From Eledone cirrhosa (Eukaryota): DNA of 64,000 nt. The notes beneath the pieces were generated by a model, which was given only the letters and a program-made list of their open reading frames with translations, was not told the DNA's origin and ran no database searches. Positions within the stretch are counted from its first letter, which is position 1. Every line of letters starts with the position of its first letter. A program made the position numbers and the translations under genes. Shown piece after piece: positions 35,739 through 50,700 of this stretch. The stretch is taken from NCBI GenBank assembly GCA_964016885.1, contig CAXHJY010000264.1, positions 310,001-374,000 of the forward strand, in the 5' to 3' direction.

Positions 35739-38700
35739 TAGATATACTGTCTAAAGGAACTATAGAACATGGTAGATGTCAACAGTGTGATATCTAACAT
35801 GGTAGATGTCAACAGAGTGATATTTAGCATGGTAGATATACCATCTAAAGGAACTATAGAACAGTGTGATATCTAACATGGTAGATGTCAACAGAGTGAT
35901 ATCAAACATAGTAGATATACTGTCTCAAGGAACTATACAACATGGTACAGGTCAACAGTGTGATATCTAACATGGTAGATATATATCTAAAGGTACTATA
36001 GAACATGGTACATGTCAACAGTGTGATATCTAATATGGTAGATGTCAACAGAGAGATATCTAACAAGGTACATATACTGTCTAAAGGTACTATAAAACAT
36101 GGTAGATGTCAACAGTGTGATATCTAACATGGTAGATATACTGTCTAAAGGTACTATAGAACATGGTAGATGTCAACAGTGTGATATCTAACATGGTAGA
36201 TATACTGTCTAAAGGTACTATAGAACATGGTAGATGTCAACAGTGTGATATCTAACATGGTAGTTATACTGTCTAAAGGAACTATAGAACATGGTACATG
36301 TCAACAGTGTGATATCTAACATGGTAGATGTCAACAGTGTGATATCTAACATGGTAGATGTCAACAGTGTGATATCTAACATGGTAGATGTCAACAGTGT
36401 GATATCTACCATGGTAGATGTCAACAGAGAGATATCTAACATGGTACATATACTGTCTAAAGGAACTATAGAACATGGTACACGTCATCAGTGTGATATC
36501 TACCATGGTAGATGTCAACAGAGAGATATCTAACATGGTACATATACTGTCTAAAGGAACTATAGAACATGGTACATGTCAACAGTGTGATATCTAACAT
36601 GGTAGATGTCAACAGTGTGATATCTAACATGGTAGATATACTGTCTAAAGGTACTATAGAACATGGTAGATGTCAACAGTGTGATATCTAACATGGTATA
36701 TATACTGTCTAAAGGTACCATAGAACATGGTACATGTCAACAGTGTGATATCTAACATGGTAGATATACTGTCTAAAGGAACTATAGAACATGGTACATG
36801 TCAACAGTGTGATATCTAACATGGTACATGTCAACAGTGTGATATCTAAAATGGTAGATATACTGTCTAAAGCAATTATAGAACATGGACATGTCAACAG
36901 TGTGATATCTAACATGGTAGATATACTGTCTAAAGGTACTATAGAACATGGTAGATGTCAACAGTGTGATATCTAACATGCTAGATGTCAACAGTGTGAT
37001 ATCTAACATGGTAGATATACTGTCTAAAGGAACTATAGAACATGGTTGATGTCACAGTGTGATATCTAACATGGTAGATGTCAACAATGTGATATCTAAC
37101 ATGGTAAATATACTGTCTAAAGGAACTATAGAACATGGTACATGTCAACATTGTGATATCAAACATGGTAGATATACTGTCTAAAGGAACTATAGAACAT
37201 GGTAGATGTCAACAGTGTGATATCTAACGTGGCAAATATACTGTCTAAAGGAACTATAGAACATGGTACATGTCAACAGTGTGATATCTAACATGGTAGA
37301 TGTCAACCGTGTGATATCTAACATGGTAGATATACTGTCTAAAGGAACTATAGAACATGGTACCAGTCAACAGTGTGATATCTAACATGGTAGATATACT
37401 GTCTAAAGGAACTATAGAACATGGTAGATGTCAACAGGGTGATATCTAACATGGTAGGTGTCAACAGTGTGATATCTAACATTGTAGATATACTGTCTAA
37501 AGGAACTATAGAACATGGTAGATGTCAACAGTGTGATATATAGCATGGTAGATATACTGTCTAAAGGTACTATAGAACATGGTACATGTCAACAGTGTGA
37601 TATCTAACATGGTAGATGTCAACAGTGTGATATCTAACATGGTAGATATACTGTCTAAAGGAACTATAGAACATGGTACATGTCAACAGTGTGATATCTA
37701 ACATGGTAAATATACTGTCTAAAGGAACTATAGAACATGGTAGGTGTCAACAGGGTGATATCTAACATGGTAGATATACTGTCTAAAGGAACTATAGAAC
37801 ATGGTAGGTGTCAACAGGGTGATATCTAACATGGTAGATATACTGACTAAAGGTACTATAGAACATGGTAGATGTGAACAGTGTGATATCTAACATGGTA
37901 GATATATTGTCTAAAGCACTCTAGAACATGGTACAGGTCAACAGTCTGATATCTAACATGGTAGATATACTGTCTAATGGTACTATAGAACATGGTAGAT
38001 GCAACACTGAGATATCTAACATGGTAGACATAGTGTGTAAATGTACTATAGAACATGGTAGGTGTCAACAGGGTGATATCTAACATGGTAGATATACAGT
38101 CTAAAGGTACTATAGAACTTGGTACATGTCAACAGTGTGATATATAACATAGTAGATATACTGTCTAAAGGAACTATAGAACATGGTACATGTCAACAGT
38201 GTGATATCTAACATGGTAAATGTACTGTATAAAGGTACTATAGAACATGGTACATGTCAACACTGTGATATCTAACATGGTAGATATACTGTCTAAAGGA
38301 ACTATTGAACATGGTAGATGTCAACAGTGTGATATTTAACATGGTAGATGTCAACAGTGTGATATCTAACATGGTAGATATACTGTCTAAAGGAACTATA
38401 GAACATGGTACATGTCAACAGTGTGTTTTATAACATAGTAGATATACTGTCTAAAGCACTCTAGAACATGGTACAGGTCAACAGTGTGATATCTAACATG
38501 GTAGATATACTGTCTAAAGGCACTATAGAACATGGTACAGGTCAACAGTGTGATATCTAACATGGTAGATATACTGTCTAAAGGTACTATAGCACATGGT
38601 AGATGCAACAGTGAGATATCTAACATGGTAAATATACAGTCTAAAGGAACTATAGAACATGGTAGGTGTCAACAGGGTGATATCTAACATGGTAGATATA

Positions 38701-41700
38701 CTGTCTAAAGGAACTATAGAACATGGTAGGTGTCAACAGGGTGATATCTAACATGGTAGATATACTGTCTAAAGGAACTATAGAACATGGTAGGTGTCAA
38801 CAGGGTGATATCTAACATGGTAGATATACTGTCTGAAGGAACTATAGAACATGGTACATGTCAACAGTGTGATATCTAACATGGTAGATATACTGACTAA
38901 AGGTACTATAGAACATGGTAGATGTGAACAGTGTGATATCTAAGATGGTAGATATATTGTCTAAAGCACTCTAGAACATGGTACAGGTCAACAGTCTGAT
39001 ATCTAACATGGTAGATATACTGTCTAATGGTACTATAGAACATGGTAGATGCAACACTGAGATATCTAACATGGTAGACATAGTGTGTAAATGTACTATA
39101 GAACATGGTAGGTGTCAACAGGGTGATATCTAACATGGTAGATATACAGTCTAAAGGTACTATAGAACTTGGTACATGTCAACAGTGTGATATATAACAT
39201 AGTAGATATACTGTCTAAAGGAACTATAGAACATGGTACAGGTCAACAGTGTGATATCTAACATGGTAAATGTACTGTCTAAAGGTACTATAGAACATGG
39301 TACATGTCAACACTGTGATATCTAACATGGTAGATATACTGTCTAAAGGAACTATTGAACATGGTAGATGTCAACAGTGTGATATTTAACATGGTAGATG
39401 TCAACAGTGTGATATCTAACATGGTAGATATACTGTCTAAAGGAACTATAGAACATGGTACATGTCAACAGTGTGATATATAACATAGTAGATATACTGT
39501 CTAAAGCACTCTAGAACATGGTACAGGTCAACAGTGTGATATCTAACATGGTAGATATACTGTCTAAAGGCACTATAGAACATGGTACAGGTCAACAGTG
39601 TGATATCTAACATGGTAGATATACTGTCTAGAGGTACTATAGAACATGGTAGGTGTCAACAGTGTGATATCTAACATGGTAGATATACTGTCTAAAGGAA
39701 CTATAGAACATGGTACACGTCATCAGTGTGATATCTAACATGGTAGATATACTGTCTAAAGGTACTATAGAACATGGTACATGTCAACAGTGTGATATCT
39801 AACATGGTAGATATACTGTCTAAAGGAACTATAGAACATGGTACATGTCAACAGTGTGATATCTAAAATGGTAGATATACTGTCTAAAGGAACTATAGAA
39901 CATGGTAGATGTCAACAGGGTGATATCTAACAAGGTAGGTGTCAACAGTGTGATATCTAACATGGTAGATATACTGTCTAAAGGAACTATAGAACATGGT
40001 AGATGTCATCAGTGTGATATCTAAAATGCTAGATATACTGTCTAAAGGTACTATAGAACATGGTACATGTCAACAGTGTGATATATAGCATGGTAGATAT
40101 ACTGTCTAAAGGTACTATAGAACATGGTACATGTCAACAGTGTGATATCTAACATGGTAGATGTCAACAGTGTGATATCTAACATGGTAGATATACTGTC
40201 TAAAGGAACTATAGAACATGGTACATGTCAACAGTGTGATATCTAACATGGTAGATATACTGTCTAAAGGAACTATAGAACATGGTAGGTGTCAACAGGG
40301 TGACATCTAACATGGTAGATATACCGTCTAAAGGTACTATAGAACATGGTAGATGTCAACAGGGTGATATCTAACATGGTAGGTGTCAACAGTGTGATAT
40401 CTAACATGGTAGATATACCGTCTAAAGGTACTATAGAACATGGTAGGTGTCAACAGGGTGATATCTAACATGGTAGGTGTCAACACTGTGATATCTAACA
40501 TGGTAAATATACTGTCTAAAGGAACTATAGAACATGGTACATGTCAACAGTGTGATATCAAACATGGTAGATATACTGTCTAAAGGTACTATAGAACATG
40601 GTAGATGTCAACAGTGTGATATCTAACATGGTAGATGTCAACAGTGTGATATCTAACATGGTAGATATATTGTCTAAAGCACTCTAGAACATGGTACAGG
40701 TCAACAGTGTGATATCTAACATGGTAGATATACTGTCTAAAGGTACTATAGAACATGGTAGATGTCAACAGTGTGATATCTAACATGCTAGATGTCAACA
40801 GTGTGATATCTAACATGGTAGATATACTGTCTAAAGGAACTATAGAACATGGTTGATGTCACAGTGTGATATCTAACATGGTAGATGTCAACAGTGTGAT
40901 ATCTAACATGGTAGATGTCAACAATGTGATATCTAACATGGTAAATATACTGTCTAAAGGAACTATAGAACATGGTACATGTCAACATTGTGATATCAAA
41001 CATGGTAGATATACTGTCTAAAGGAACTATAGAACATGGTAGATGTCAACAGTGTGATATCTAACGTGGCAAATATACTGTCTAAAGGTACTATAGAACA
41101 TGGTACATGTCAACAGTGTGATATCTAACATGGTAGATGTCAACCGTGTGATATCTAACATGGTAGATATACTGTCTAAAGGAACTATAGAACATGGTAC
41201 ACGTCAACAGTGTGATATCTAACATGGTAGATATACTGTCTAAAGGAACTATAGAACATGGTAGATGTCAACAGGGTGATATCTAACATTGTAGGTGTCA
41301 ACAGTGTGATATCTAACATGGTAGATATACTGTCTAAAGGAACTATAGAACATGGTAGATGTCAACAGTGTGATATATAGCATGGTAGATATACTGTCTA
41401 AAGGTACTATAGAACATGGTACATGTCAACAGTGTGATATCTAACATGGTAAATATACTGTCTAAAGGAACTATAGAACATGGTAGGTGTCAACAGGGTG
41501 ATATCTAACATGGTAGATATACTGTCTAAAGGAACTATAGAACATGGTAGGTGTCAACAGGGTGATATCTAACATGGTAGATATACTGTCTAAAGGAACT
41601 ATAGAACATGGTACATGTCAACAGTGTGATATCTAACATGGTAGATATACTGACTAAAGGTACTATAGAACATGGTAGATGTGAACAGTGTGATATCTAA

Positions 41701-44700
41701 GATGGTAGATATATTGTCTAAAGCACTCTAGAACATGGTACAGGTCAACAGTCTGATATCTAACATGGTAGATATACTGTCTAATGGTACTATAGAACAT
41801 GGTAGATGCAACACTGAGATATCTAACATGGTAGACATAGTGTGTAAATGTACTATAGAACATGGTAGGTGTCAACAGGGTGATATCTAACATGGTAGAT
41901 ATACAGTCTAAAGGTACTATAGAACTTGGTACATGTCAACAGTGTGATATATAACATAGTAGATATACTGTCTAAAGGAACTATAGAACATGGTACATGT
42001 CAACAGTGTGATATCTAACATGGTAAATGTACTGTATAAAGGTACTATAGAACATGGTACATGTCAACACTGTGATATCTAACATGGTAGATATACTGTC
42101 TAAAGGAACTATTGAACATGGTAGATGTCAACAGTGTGATATTTAACATGGTAGATGTCAACAGTGTGATATCTAACATGGTAGATATACTGTCTAAAGG
42201 AACTATAGAACATGGTACATGTCAACAGTGTGTTATATAACATAGTAGATATACTGTCTAAAGCACTCTAGAACATGGTACAGGTCAACAGTGTGATATC
42301 TAACATGGTAGATATACTGTCTAAAGGCACTATAGAACATGGTACAGGTCAACAGTGTGATATCTAACATGGTAGATATACTGTCTAAAGGTACTATAGC
42401 ACATGGTAGATGCAACAGTGAGATATCTAACATGGTAAATATACAGTCTAAAGGTACTATAGAACTTGGTACATGTCAACAGTGTGATATATAACATAGT
42501 AGATATACTGTCTAAAGGAACTATAGAACATGGTACATGTCAACAGTGTGATATCTAACATGGTAAATGTACTGTCTAAAGGTACTATAGAACATGGTAC
42601 ATGTCAACACTGTGATATCTAACATGGTAGATATACTGTCTAAAGGAACTATTGAACATGGTAGATGCCAACAGTGTGATATTTAACATGGTAGATGTCA
42701 ACAGTGTGATATCTAACATGGTAGATATACTGTCTAAAGGAACTATAGAACATGGTACATGTCAACAGTGTGATATATAACATAGTAGATATACTGTCTA
42801 AAGCACTCTAGAACATGGTACAGGTCAACAGTGTGATATCTAACATGGTAGATATACTGTCTAAAGGCACTATAGAACATGGTACAGGTCAACAGTGTGA
42901 TATCTAACATGGTAGATATACTGTCTAAAGGTACTATAGAACATGGTAGGTGTCAACAGTGTGATATCTAACATGGTAGATATACTGTCTAAAGGTACTA
43001 TAGAACATGGTACATGTCAACAGTGTGATATCTAACATGGTAGATATACTGTCTAAAGGAACTATAGAACATGGTACATGTCAACAGTGTGATATCTAAA
43101 ATGGTAGATATACTGTCTAAAGGAACTATAGAACATGGTAGATGTCAACAGGGTGATATCTAACAAGGTAGGTGTCAACAGTGTGATATCTAACATGGTA
43201 GATATACTGTCTAAAGGAACTATAGAACATGGTAGATGTCATCAGTGTGATATCTAAAATGCTAGATATACTGTCTAAAGGTACTATAGAACATGGTACA
43301 TGTCAACAGTGTGATATATAGCATGGTAGATATACTGTCTAAAGGTACTATAGAACATGGTACATGTCAACAGTGTGATATCTAACATGGTAGATGTCAA
43401 CAGTGTGATATCTAACATGGTAGATATACTGTCTAAAGGAACTATAGAACATGGTACATGTCAACAGTGTGATATCTAACATGGTAGATATACTGTCTAA
43501 AGGAACTATAGAACATGGTAGGTGTCAACAGGGTGACATCTAACATGGTAGATATACCGTCTAAAGGTACTATAGAACATGGTAGATGTCAACAGGGTGA
43601 TATCTAACATGGTAGGTGTCAACAGTGTGATATCTAACATGGTAGATATACCGTCTAAAGGTACTATAGAACATGGTAGGTGTCAACAGGGTGATATCTA
43701 ACATGGTAGGTGTCAACACTGTGATATCTAACATGGTAAATATACTGTCTAAAGGAACTATAGAACATGGTACATGTCAACAGTGTGATATCAAACATGG
43801 TAGATATACTGTCTAAAGGTACTATAGAACATGGTAGATGTCAACAGTGTGATATCTAACATGGTAGATATACTGTCTAAAGGAACTATTGAACATGGTA
43901 GATGTCAACAGTGTGATATTTAACATGGTAGATGTCAACAGTGTGATATCTAACATGGTAGATATACTGTCTAAAGGAACTATAGAACATGGTACATGTC
44001 AACAGTGTGATATATAACATAGTAGATATACTGTCTAAAGCACTCTAGAACATGGTACAGGTCAACAGTGTGATATCTAACATGGTAGATATACTGTCTA
44101 AAGGCACTATAGAACATGGTACAGGTCAACAGTGTGATATCTAACATGGTAGATATACTGTCTAGAGGTACTATAGAACATGGTAGGTGTCAACAGTGTG
44201 ATATCTAACATGGTAGATATACTGTCTAAAGGAACTATAGAACATGGTACACGTCATCAGTGTGATATCTAACATGGTAGATATACTGTCTAAAGGTACT
44301 ATAGAACATGGTACATGTCAACAGTGTGATATCTAACATGGTAGATATACTGTCTAAAGGAACTATAGAACATGGTACATGTCAACAGTGTGATATCTAA
44401 AATGGTAGATATACTGTCTAAAGGAACTATAGAACATGGTAGATGTCAACAGGGTGATATCTAACAAGGTAGGTGTCAACAGTGTGATATCTAACATGGT
44501 AGATATACTGTCTAAAGGAACTATAGAACATGGTAGATGTCATCAGTGTGATATCTAAAATGCTAGATATACTGTCTAAAGGTACTATAGAACATGGTAC
44601 ATGTCAACAGTGTGATATATAGCATGGTAGATATACTGTCTAAAGGTACTATAGAACATGGTACATGTCAACAGTGTGATATCTAACATGGTAGATGTCA

Positions 44701-47700
44701 ACAGTGTGATATCTAACATGGTAGATATACTGTCTAAAGGAACTATAGAACATGGTACATGTCAACAGTGTGATATCTAACATGGTAGATATACTGTCTA
44801 AAGGAACTATAGAACATGGTAGGTGTCAACAGGGTGACATCTAACATGGTAGATATACCGTCTAAAGGTACTATAGAACATGGTAGATGTCAACAGGGTG
44901 ATATCTAACATGGTAGGTGTCAACAGTGTGATATCTAACATGGTAGATATACCGTCTAAAGGTACTATAGAACATGGTAGGTGTCAACAGGGTGATATCT
45001 AACATGGTAGGTGTCAACACTGTGATATCTAACATGGTAAATATACTGTCTAAAGGAACTATAGAACATGGTACATGTCAACAGTGTGATATCAAACATG
45101 GTAGATATACTGTCTAAAGGTACTATAGAACATGGTAGATGTCAACAGTGTGATATCTAACATGGTAGATGTCAACAGTGTGATATCTAACATGGTAGAT
45201 ATATTGTCTAAAGCACTCTAGAACATGGTACAGGTCAACAGTGTGATATCTAACATGGTAGATATACTGTCTAAAGGTACTATAGAACATGGTAGATGTC
45301 AACAGTGTGATATCTAACATGCTAGATGTCAACAGTGTGATATCTAACATGGTAGATATACTGTCTAAAGGAACTATAGAACATGGTTGATGTCACAGTG
45401 TGATATCTAACATGGTAGATGTCAACAGTGTGATATCTAACATGGTAGATGTCAACAATGTGATATCTAACATGGTAAATATACTGTCTAAAGGAACTAT
45501 AGAACATGGTACATGTCAACATTGTGATATCAAACATGGTAGATATACTGTCTAAAGGAACTATAGAACATGGTAGATGTCAACAGTGTGATATCTAACG
45601 TGGCAAATATACTGTCTAAAGGTACTATAGAACATGGTACATGTCAACAGTGTGATATCTAACATGGTAGATGTCAACCGTGTGATATCTAACATGGTAG
45701 ATATACTGTCTAAAGGAACTATAGAACATGGTACACGTCAACAGTGTGATATCTAACATGGTAGATATACTGTCTAAAGGAACTATAGAACATGGTAGAT
45801 GTCAACAGGGTGATATCTAACATTGTAGGTGTCAACAGTGTGATATCTAACATGGTAGATATACTGTCTAAAGGAACTATAGAACATGGTAGATGTCAAC
45901 AGTGTGATATATAGCATGGTAGATATACTGTCTAAAGGTACTATAGAACATGGTACATGTCAACAGTGTGATATCTAACATGGTAAATATACTGTCTAAA
46001 GGAACTATAGAACATGGTAGGTGTCAACAGGGTGATATCTAACATGGTAGATATACTGTCTAAAGGAACTATAGAACATGGTAGGTGTCAACAGGGTGAT
46101 ATCTAACATGGTAGATATACTGTCTAAAGGAACTATAGAACATGGTACATGTCAACAGTGTGATATCTAACATGGTAGATATACTGACTAAAGGTACTAT
46201 AGAACATGGTAGATGTGAACAGTGTGATATCTAAGATGGTAGATATATTGTCTAAAGCACTCTAGAACATGGTACAGGTCAACAGTCTGATATCTAACAT
46301 GGTAGATATACTGTCTAATGGTACTATAGAACATGGTAGATGCAACACTGAGATATCTAACATGGTAGACATAGTGTGTAAATGTACTATAGAACATGGT
46401 AGGTGTCAACAGGGTGATATCTAACATGGTAGATATACAGTCTAAAGGTACTATAGAACTTGGTACATGTCAACAGTGTGATATATAACATAGTAGATAT
46501 ACTGTCTAAAGGAACTATAGAACATGGTACATGTCAACAGTGTGATATCTAACATGGTAAATGTACTGTATAAAGGTACTATAGAACATGGTACATGTCA
46601 ACACTGTGATATCTAACATGGTAGATATACTGTCTAAAGGAACTATTGAACATGGTAGATGTCAACAGTGTGATATTTAACATGGTAGATGTCAACAGTG
46701 TGATATCTAACATGGTAGATATACTGTCTAAAGGAACTATAGAACATGGTACATGTCAACAGTGTGTTATATAACATAGTAGATATACTGTCTAAAGCAC
46801 TCTAGAACATGGTACAGGTCAACAGTGTGATATCTAACATGGTAGATATACTGTCTAAAGGCACTATAGAACATGGTACAGGTCAACAGTGTGATATCTA
46901 ACATGGTAGATATACTGTCTAAAGGTACTATAGCACATGGTAGATGCAACAGTGAGATATCTAACATGGTAAATATACAGTCTAAAGGTACTATAGAACT
47001 TGGTACATGTCAACAGTGTGATATATAACATAGTAGATATACTGTCTAAAGGAACTATAGAACATGGTACATGTCAACAGTGTGATATCTAACATGGTAA
47101 ATGTACTGTCTAAAGGTACTATAGAACATGGTACATGTCAACACTGTGATATCTAACATGGTAGATATACTGTCTAAAGGAACTATTGAACATGGTAGAT
47201 GCCAACAGTGTGATATTTAACATGGTAGATGTCAACAGTGTGATATCTAACATGGTAGATATACTGTCTAAAGGAACTATAGAACATGGTACATGTCAAC
47301 AGTGTGATATATAACATAGTAGATATACTGTCTAAAGCACTCTAGAACATGGTACAGGTCAACAGTGTGATATCTAACATGGTAGATATACTGTCTAAAG
47401 GCACTATAGAACATGGTACAGGTCAACAGTGTGATATCTAACATGGTAGATATACTGTCTAAAGGTACTATAGAACATGGTAGGTGTCAACAGTGTGATA
47501 TCTAACATGGTAGATATACTGTCTAAAGGTACTATAGAACATGGTACATGTCAACAGTGTGATATCTAACATGGTAGATATACTGTCTAAAGGAACTATA
47601 GAACATGGTACATGTCAACAGTGTGATATCTAAAATGGTAGATATACTGTCTAAAGGAACTATAGAACATGGTAGATGTCAACAGGGTGATATCTAACAA

Positions 47701-50700
47701 GGTAGGTGTCAACAGTGTGATATCTAACATGGTAGATATACTGTCTAAAGGAACTATAGAACATGGTAGATGTCATCAGTGTGATATCTAAAATGCTAGA
47801 TATACTGTCTAAAGGTACTATAGAACATGGTACATGTCAACAGTGTGATATATAGCATGGTAGATATACTGTCTAAAGGTACTATAGAACATGGTACATG
47901 TCAACAGTGTGATATCTAACATGGTAGATGTCAACAGTGTGATATCTAACATGGTAGATATACTGTCTAAAGGAACTATAGAACATGGTACATGTCAACA
48001 GTGTGATATCTAACATGGTAGATATACTGTCTAAAGGAACTATAGAACATGGTAGGTGTCAACAGGGTGACATCTAACATGGTAGATATACCGTCTAAAG
48101 GTACTATAGAACATGGTAGATGTCAACAGGGTGATATCTAACATGGTAGGTGTCAACAGTGTGATATCTAACATGGTAGATATACCGTCTAAAGGTACTA
48201 TAGAACATGGTAGGTGTCAACAGGGTGATATCTAACATGGTAGGTGTCAACACTGTGATATCTAACATGGTAAATATACTGTCTAAAGGAACTATAGAAC
48301 ATGGTACATGTCAACAGTGTGATATCAAACATGGTAGATATACTGTCTAAAGGTACTATAGAACATGGTAGATGTCAACAGTGTGATATCTAACATGGTA
48401 GATGTCAACAGTGTGATATCTAACATGGTAGATATATTGTCTAAAGCACTCTAGAACATGGTACAGGTCAACAGTGTGATATCTAACATGGTAGATATAC
48501 TGTCTAATGGTACTATAGAACATGGTAGATGCAACACTGAGATATCTAACATGGTAGACATAGTGTATAAATGTACTATAGAACATGGTAGGTGTCAACA
48601 GGGTGATATCTAACATGGTAGATATACAGTCTAAAGGTACTATAGAACATGGTACATGTCAACAGTGTGATATATAACATAGTAGATATACTGTCTAAAG
48701 GAACTATAGAACATGGTAGATGTCAACAGTGTGATATCTAACATGGTAAATGTACTGTCTAAAGGTACTATAGAACATGGTACATGTCAACAGTGTGATA
48801 TATGACATAGTAGATATACTGTCTAAAGGAACTATAGAACATGGTACATGTCAACAGTGTGATATCTAACATGGTAGATATACTGTCTAAAGGAACTATT
48901 GAACATGGTAGATGTCAACAGTGTGATATCTAACATGGTAGATATACTGTCTAAAGGAACTATAGAACATGGTACATGTCAACAGTGTGATATCTAACAT
49001 GGTAGATATACTGTCTAAATGTACTATAGAACATGGTAGATGTCAACAGGGTGATATCTAACATGGTAGGTGTCAACAGTGTGATATCTAACATGGTAGA
49101 TATACTGTCTAAAGGAACTATTGAACATGGTACATGTCAACAGTGTGATATCTAACATGGTAGATATAGTCTATAGCACTCTAGAACATGGTACAGGTCA
49201 ACAGTGTGATATCTAACATGGTAGATATACTGTCTAAAGGTACTATAGAACATGGTACATGTCAACACTGTGATATCTAACATGGTAGATATACTGTCTA
49301 AAGGAACTATTGAACATGGTAGATGTCAACAGTGTGATATTTAACATGGTAGATGTCAACAGTGTGATATCTAACATGGTAGATATACTGTCTAAAGGAA
49401 CTATAGAACATGGTACATGTCAACAGTGTGATATATAACATAGTAGATATACTGTCTAAAGCACTCTAGAACATGGTACAGGTCAACAGTGTGATATCTA
49501 ACATGGTAGATATACTGTCTAAAGGCACTATAGAACATGGTACAGGTCAACAGTGTGATATCTAACATGGTAGATATACTGTCTAAAGGTACTATAGAAC
49601 ATGGTAGATGCAACAGTGAGATATCTAACATGGTAAATATACAGTCTAAAGGAACTATAGAACATGGTAGGTGTCAACAGGGTGATATCTAACATGGTAG
49701 ATATACTGTCTAAAGGAACTATAGAACATGATAGGTGTCAACAGGGTGATATCTAACATGGTAGATATACTGTCTAAAGGAACTATAGAACATGGTAGGT
49801 GTCAACAGGGTGATATCTAACATGGTAGATATACTGTCTAAAGGAACTATAGAACATGGTAGATGTCAACAGGGTGATATCTAACATGGTAGGTGTCAAC
49901 AGTGTGATATCTAACATGGTAGATATACTGTCTAAAGGAACTATAGAACATGGTAGATGTCAACAGTGTGATATATAGCATGGTAGATATACTGTCTAAA
50001 GGTACTATAGAACATGGTACATGTCAACAGTGTGATATCTAACATGGTAGATGTCAACAGTGTGATATCTAACATGGTAGATATACTGTCTAAAGGAACT
50101 ATAGAACATGGTACATGTCAACAGTGTGATATCTAACATGGTAAATATACTGTCTAAAGGAACTATAGAACATGGTAGGTGTCAACAGGGTGATATCTAA
50201 CATGGTAGATATACTGTCTAAAGGAACTATAGAACATGGTACATGTCAACAGGGTGATATCTAACATGGTAGATATACTGTCTAAAGGAACTATAGAACA
50301 TGGTACATGTCAACAGTGTGATATCTAACATGGTAGATATACTGACTAAAGGTACTATAGAACATGGTAGATGTGAACAGTGTGATATCTAACATGGTAG
50401 ATATATTGTCTAAAGCACTCTAGAACATGGTACAGGTCAACAGTCTGATATCTAACATGGTAGATATACTGTCTAATGGTACTATAGAACATGGTAGATG
50501 CAACACTGAGATATCTAACATGGTAGACATAGTGTGTAAATGTACTATAGAACATGGTAGGTGTCAACAGGGTGATATCTAACATGGTAGATATACAGTC
50601 TAAAGGTACTATAGAACTTGGTACATGTCAACAGTGTGATATATAACATAGTAGATATACTGTCTAAAGGAACTATAGAACATGGTACATGTCAACAGTG

